A stretch of DNA of 64,000 nucleotides, taken from NCBI RefSeq assembly GCF_009914755.1, contig NC_060933.1. One strand, 5' to 3'. Under the pieces are notes generated by a model, which was given only the letters and a program-made list of their open reading frames with translations, was not told the DNA's origin and ran no database searches. Numbering within the stretch: position 1 is the stretch's first letter; each line of letters starts with the position of its first letter. Below are positions 58,076 through 64,000 of this stretch, piece by piece. Source of the DNA: the human T2T-CHM13v2.0 reference genome, Homo sapiens. The position numbers were made by a program, and so were the translations under genes.

Positions 58076-58655
58076 TGCAAAATGAATGTACAATAACTAA
58101 CCATGCATTAGACCGAAGGAGAGTTTGAGAATTTTTTCAAGGGGCCTTCACTAATGAAGCAAGCTGTCTTATTTGGGGATCTGTAAGCAGCAAAGATAAA
58201 CATTGCCTAAGACATTTCTGTTGAAATGGCGTAAAACACATGGATTACTTACTTCTTCAGGGATTTTAAATACTTGGAAACAATGCAGTGAACACAGATA
58301 TTACTGTGAAGAACATTTCAGCAAATGAGTTTACAAAATGGATGAAACCGAAGAAGTGTCTTATGTTTCTAGCTTCTCACCTGAAGAGATTAACTATATG
58401 GGTGGACCTCATCAACATTCGAAACTTTCTTTCCAAGAGGTTTTTCCTGTAGAATTTTAGGACTTTCTGGGAAGATGCATGACAGATGCATGCCATTGTT
58501 GATGATGTGGGTCACTGTGGAAACTGCCCTAATGAGGCCATTATGCTGCCTATTTGTGATATTTGGTTATGAGTTGATGACAATATTGTAGAGAAAATAG
58601 ACACTCAAGCTGTTGAAAAATTTTACAGGTTGACATCAATTATCACTTAGAACTT
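58076..58655 (+). pseudogene. Processed pseudogene fragment of USP12/USP46 (C-terminal half of USP domain), heavily decayed
   Basis: Manual translation with frameshifts gives EFFQGAFTNEASCL..VSSKD, NTWITYFFRDF, CSEHRYYCEE, MFLASHLKR, KLSFQEVFPVE, HCGNCPN, DDNIVEKIDTQAVEKFYRLTS. These are collinear with USP12 [87 protein letters not shown]. No introns; stops and frameshifts present. Confidence 0.88.
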
Positions 58656-59083
58656 TTTTCTCAATTTTCTGAGTGAATGAGGATTGTGTTTAAAAAGATA
58701 CTTTCTGCCTCATTTCTTCTCCAGTTATTTTGAAAAAGCTCAGATTCTGATTTCTTAGGAAAAGAGTAAAGCAGGGAAACTAGAGGTGGGAATTTGTGCT
58801 GCACACAACCTAGCCACGACTCTGGGTGCACCAGCCCTTCGGATCTGGGCAGGTAAGCATTTGCCCAGGTATCAGGCTGCCTGTGTGGCTCCACAGAACA
58901 AAGATGGGGAAGCAGAGGCATCAGCTTCTCTTATAGCACAGCACACAGCCTTCCAGGAGTGGATACACACTTTCTTTCTATTATTAGCACAAATAATTAT
59001 CTCAACTCAATAGAAAAAATAGCAATCTGTGCCTGATTGTCCTGAAAATGTTTCATTAATTTACTTGTATTCAGTGAATATGA

Positions 59084-59519
<436 letters not shown>

Positions 59520-60760
59520 TAGTTATCTTTTTCATGGAATAAAACTACAGAGGATACATTCCAGTGTCAGTAAGACAAAGAGTTTCTGCTTCTCTGAGGA
59601 AGTAAGTTTGCTATGTAGACACACACACACAGAAAATGGTCAAAAGTTGCTTTTATAAACTCCAATAATCAATTTTTTTACATTAGCACCTTACTCCATG
59701 AAGATCACAGTATATGAATACAAAATAATATGTATGAATGTTGATTTGTGGAAAAAAATCTTAGAGATATCACTCCCTCGTTTTTCCAAATTCTGTGTAT
59801 TGTCTGTTGAAACAGTTCATGCTTATGATTCTAATACATCATTTCCATGGATCTCCCCCTCAGCTTAGTCTCTTCATGTCTCACTTGGATTATTTTGAAA
59901 GTCCCATGATTGAACTTCAACTTTTGAAGCTTTCCCTAATTAAATAAATGCTTAGCAAAGTCCTCAGTTAATGTTCTTTAAAGTGCTATTCTCTTCTTAT
60001 TCCATGCTCAGTTGATGAATCTCAGACACTAACCCCATAGAGCAGTTCTCAAATTCACAAGCCACCTAATGCCCACTGCCATACGTAAGAAGGTGGTCTA
60101 GTAAATTTTGGAGTAAAGGCAATATATATTTCACAAAATCAAAATGTAAGATCAATTACAATTCAGCTAATATTTAATTAGGATATAAGGCATCTCAGTG
60201 AATGCATTTTTAGTTTTTGAAGTATGTAATTTTTTTTTTTTAGATTTGTACTTAGCTATTCTTACTAAATTTTGGAAAGTTCCTGCTTTATGGAAATGAA
60301 TCAGTGACTCTAAATGGTTCTTTGAGGTATAAAAACAAAGATAGTAACAAATACAAATTTCACAATCTGGACTAGAAAACATTGCTAGTGACCACAACTC
60401 AAATACAAATATAAAAAGCATCTTTATTAACCTGGGGTAAAAGCTTCTCTGCGTGGGGCAGTTTTACCCAGGCAACTGAACAGGCGGTGCGGGACGAATG
60501 TTTGAAAATTGGAACTAACTTGGACGCACTCATCCCCATTTTCCATGCCTGCTGTGCACTCCTGCCAGATGGGAACATGATGTCATATTTTCCGTCAGTT
60601 TTCAAACAAAACGGTGATAATCTAATATTTTCTGGAATAACCATAGAATAATGTTTTCCAATGTGAACTTGGTGAATTTTATGAATGAAAGAGAAGCAGA
60701 TATTGGATCCACACAGCCATCGTTGAAGGTGGCACACCTAACATCAAAAACTTCTGTGTG

Positions 60761-60894
60761 GGACCGGGCACGTTGGTTCACGCCTGTAATCCCAGCACTT
60801 TGGGAGGCTGAGGCGGTTGGATCACCTTGAGCCCAGGAGTTGGAGACCAGCCTGGGCAACATCAAAACCCTGTCTCTATTAAAAAAAAAAAAAA
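60761..60894 (+). mobile_element. Alu left monomer (FLAM/AluJ-like)
   Basis: Single arm with ttgagcccaggagt and poly-A. Confidence 0.85.
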
Positions 60895-62479
60895 GTTTCA
60901 TGCCACTGTTACGGACTAGGAATGTCTAAAATCCATCACAAAGTTAGTATTTTGCTTGGAGGGGCAAGTAGAATGAGCTTTTGGAAAGTTTCTTTAACAA
61001 TTCTTTGATCTAGTAATTCTGAAAACCTTTGAGGCTGGTGAAAATACTTTTTCACGTAGGGATGAATCATTCTGTGAGTCCTGGCGTAAGTCAGCCAGAA
61101 ACTCATGATGGGAGCTTTTGATGGGGGGATATGAGGTTTAAAAATGGAAATAAAAACTTTCTTCACGACACTGATAATTCCTATAAAGGCCATTTCTGTG
61201 TGGGATGACATGTACAATTAACATAAATGACCCTGCTTCCAAGCTCACTGAAATTTTTCGCCAGTGCCCTCAGACCTCCGTATTTGCTCCTAACTCAGAT
61301 TGTCTTGAGTCTTCTGTGTAGAGAAAAGGGGATCATTGCAGAGACTGTGAACCAAGACATTAATCTTCACTTCTGAAGTCCAAAAGCATCTTTTGGTCTG
61401 AGGTAGAAAAAGTTTGAAAGGGAATTGAGCAGGCTAAAGGTGTTTTAATTTTTCTGCTATCTCGCAGACTAGGAACCCTCAGCAGGACTGCACGATAGGA
61501 TGCATAGAGAGGTGGGGACTGCCCTGAAGCTCTGCTCTCAAGCAGAGCCTTGCCGGTGGTGGCTTAATAGAAGTCTTCACTGAAGCTCAGGGATCTGAGT
61601 GGGCGCTCTCAAGTGTGTAGTGGAAAGGAGAACGCCAGTCTCCAAGAGCAGCCTGCACGGCATCCTCATTGTGCTGCGGCACATTCAGTGACAGGACTGG
61701 ATGCCCTGTGGCAGCTCTGGTGGCCGGTGAGGACAGCCCCAGTTATCCAAGGACACCCTGAGGTACCAAAGGCAGGTGAGCAAGACCATGTTCCTGCCTG
61801 AGGTCTGGCAGAGGGAGGAGAAAGGTTCATCAAAACGTTGTGGAGAGCACTGTCCCAGCCTGGGATGGGAGGACTTGGCTCCGTCGGCAGCAGGTCGCCA
61901 TCCCTGAGGACAGTGCAGTGCTGACTTCTACTTGGGGCTTGAACACACTCCCCTCCCTGCTTTACCAAGGCAATTAGCAAAGCCAGAAGAGACCAGAGTT
62001 AACTCTGGGGATGAAGGGGAAGTAAAAGAACCCCTGAAGGAATTTTCAAGGGTCTGCGACCAATACAGACACGAACTGACAGGCTTATCCCTTAACTGGA
62101 CAGAGACACCTGTTGTGACTACTTCCAGTCTCTGTATCAGCCAGAATTCCAGCTCCTACTAGAAAGCTTTCTGGGTTATGGAGAAATGAAGTTACATTTT
62201 CCCTCATGAGTTTGTGATTTAAAAATTTATACCTGCAGAATGATTCTGACGGATTTGCTCAAGTGGCTTTTGTCAGGGTTATAGTCAGTATCTTCTCTAG
62301 CCTCAAATTAATGAGATGTTGTTGAGGATGACTTAAAATTTTCTTTGAAAGTCTGAAACATGATGCAGAATGCTTGCACCAAAAGAGTTTTACATTTTCC
62401 CCACGCTTGTACTTACTAGAGCCAAGTACATCAAAGGTGTGAGTTAAAACCCGTGATGCAGGGAACTCTGACACTTGTG

Positions 62480-62928
62480 ATAACATGGATGAACCTGGAG
62501 GACATTATGTTAAGTGAAATAAACCAGGCACAGAGAGACAAATACCATATAGTCTCACTTACATGTGGAATTTAAAGACAGTGCTCACAGAAGTAGAGAG
62601 TAGAATGGTGGTTACCAGACGCTAGAGGAGAGGGTGGATAGGGAAGGGGGAGATGTTGGTCAGTAGGTACATAGTTTTGGGTAGATAGGAATAATAATTT
62701 CTGTTGTTCTTTTGCACAGCATAGTGAATAGAGTTAATAAGTGTTGTCTGTTTTGAAATATATGAGAGAATTTTAACTATTCTCACCGCTAAAAGAATGA
62801 TACATATTTGAGGTGACTGATATGTTGATTAGCCTGATTCGATCATTTTACAGTGTATGCATGTATCCAAACATCACATTGCACCTCATAAAAATGTACA
62901 ATTATTATTCATCAATTAAAAATAAAAG
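62480..62928 (+). mobile_element. L1M 3' end
   Basis: aacatggatgaacctggaggacattatgttaagtgaaataa...caattaaaaataaaa. Confidence 0.85.
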
Positions 62929-62933
62929 TTAAA

Positions 62934-63550
62934 CATGGGAGTTAGCAAACTTCTGCTGTAAAGAGACAGATGGAAAATGATTTTGGTATTGTGGACCATG
63001 TAAGGTCTCTGTTACATTTCTTTTTTTTCTTTTTTCTTTCTCTGTCTTCCCTCCCTCCCTCCCTCCCTCCCTTCCTCCTCCTTCTCCTTCCTTCCTTCCT
63101 TGCTTTTTTCCTTCCCTCTTTTTTTCTTTTCCCCTCTTCTCTCTTTCTCTTTCTTTTTCTGAAACACAGTCTTGCTCTGTTGCCCAGGTTTGGAGTACAG
63201 TGGCAAGATCACAGCTTAGTGTAGCCTCAACCTCCGTGGGCTCAGGTGATCCTCCCACCCCAGCCTCCCGAGTAGCTGGGACCACAGTCACATGTCATAA
63301 CACCCAGCGAACATTTATATTTTTTGTAAAGATGGGATCTCATTATGTTGCTCAGGCTGGTCTTGAATTCCTGGGCTCAAGCAGTCCAGCCACCTCAGCG
63401 TCCCAAAATGTTGGGATTACAGGCCTGAGCCACCATACCCAGCCCCCACCCTCTTTGTTTTTTTTTTTTTAAATGCAACGCTTTACAAATGTAAAACCAT
63501 TCTTAGTTCTCTGGCTATATAAAGCAGGTCATAATCTAGATTTTGGCTGC
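62934..63550. mobile_element. MER58-type hAT-Charlie element split by an AluJ
   Basis: gcaaacttctgctgtaaagagacagatgg before the Alu and tttacaaatgtaaaaccattcttag after it match MER58 halves. Confidence 0.65.
63018..63445 (-). mobile_element. AluJ with ~140-bp polypyrimidine tail
   Basis: tcctgggctcaagc J-type features; CT-rich tract at 63018-63160. Confidence 0.88.
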
Positions 63551-63739
63551 CAGACCTAATCTAGATTTTTACTAAGCCTACATGCTAAATATGTCTGGCA
63601 CTTTCCCTTAAAAAGCTCTCAGCATTTATCACATGCCTGTGTGCTTACTAGGTGTTTGTATGCTTTTCTTACGCTTTGTGCAATTCTAACTTCCTTGAAG
63701 GAAGGGTGCTATCTTATCCTTAGTGATTAGGGATAAGCT

Positions 63740-63920
63740 TGGAATCATCCAGGCTCTACCCCTTACTAGCTGTGTAACTTTGGACAAATTCCTTTATCTC
63801 CCTGAGTTTTTGTTTCCTCAGTTATAAAATGGGATTAGTAAAGTACCTATCATGAAACAGTTAACTTGAGTAAAATAGGTTGTGAAGATTAAATGAATTA
63901 ATACACATAAAATAATTAGG
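63740..63920. mobile_element. MIR
   Basis: cttactagctgtgtaactttggacaaatt...gtttcctcagttataaaatggg matches the MIR core. Confidence 0.8.
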
Positions 63921-64000
63921 TTATGTTACATCAATGTTCAGAGCAGGTGTATCCACAAGAGCCAAAAGAGAAACAACCCAAATTTCCATTGATGGACAAA

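Overview
Primate genomic DNA, almost certainly human (it carries an Alu with all five AluYa5 diagnostics), rich in repeats. It holds the 5' end of a CNTNAP3-family gene (Caspr3) on the + strand. A CpG-island promoter lies at ~28.6-29.75 kb. Coding exon 1 (29665-29749) encodes the signal peptide, followed by a 23,004-bp intron 1, coding exon 2 (52754-52864, start of the discoidin F5/8 domain) and the start of intron 2. The family sits in chr9 pericentromeric segmental duplications, and the paralog cannot be fixed from sequence alone. The rest is about 24 Alus, old L1M fragments, several LTRs, MIR/L2/MER58, a near-full-length antisense L1PA in intron 1 and a decayed USP12/USP46 retrocopy in intron 2. 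Almost all ORF-track entries are repeat-derived or chance ORFs. The most notable observations are: (1) the intronic L1 was integrated from a spliced RNA (SpIRE97/622-type junction); (2) it contains a perfect 5x31-bp self-complementary minisatellite built from its own sequence; (3) it has an in-frame 65-codon ORF1 deletion; (4) there are two locally templated insertions at breakpoints; (5) the USP12/46 pseudogene is invisible in the ORF track. I see no convincing wholly new gene system; the novelty is in mutational and retrotransposition signatures.
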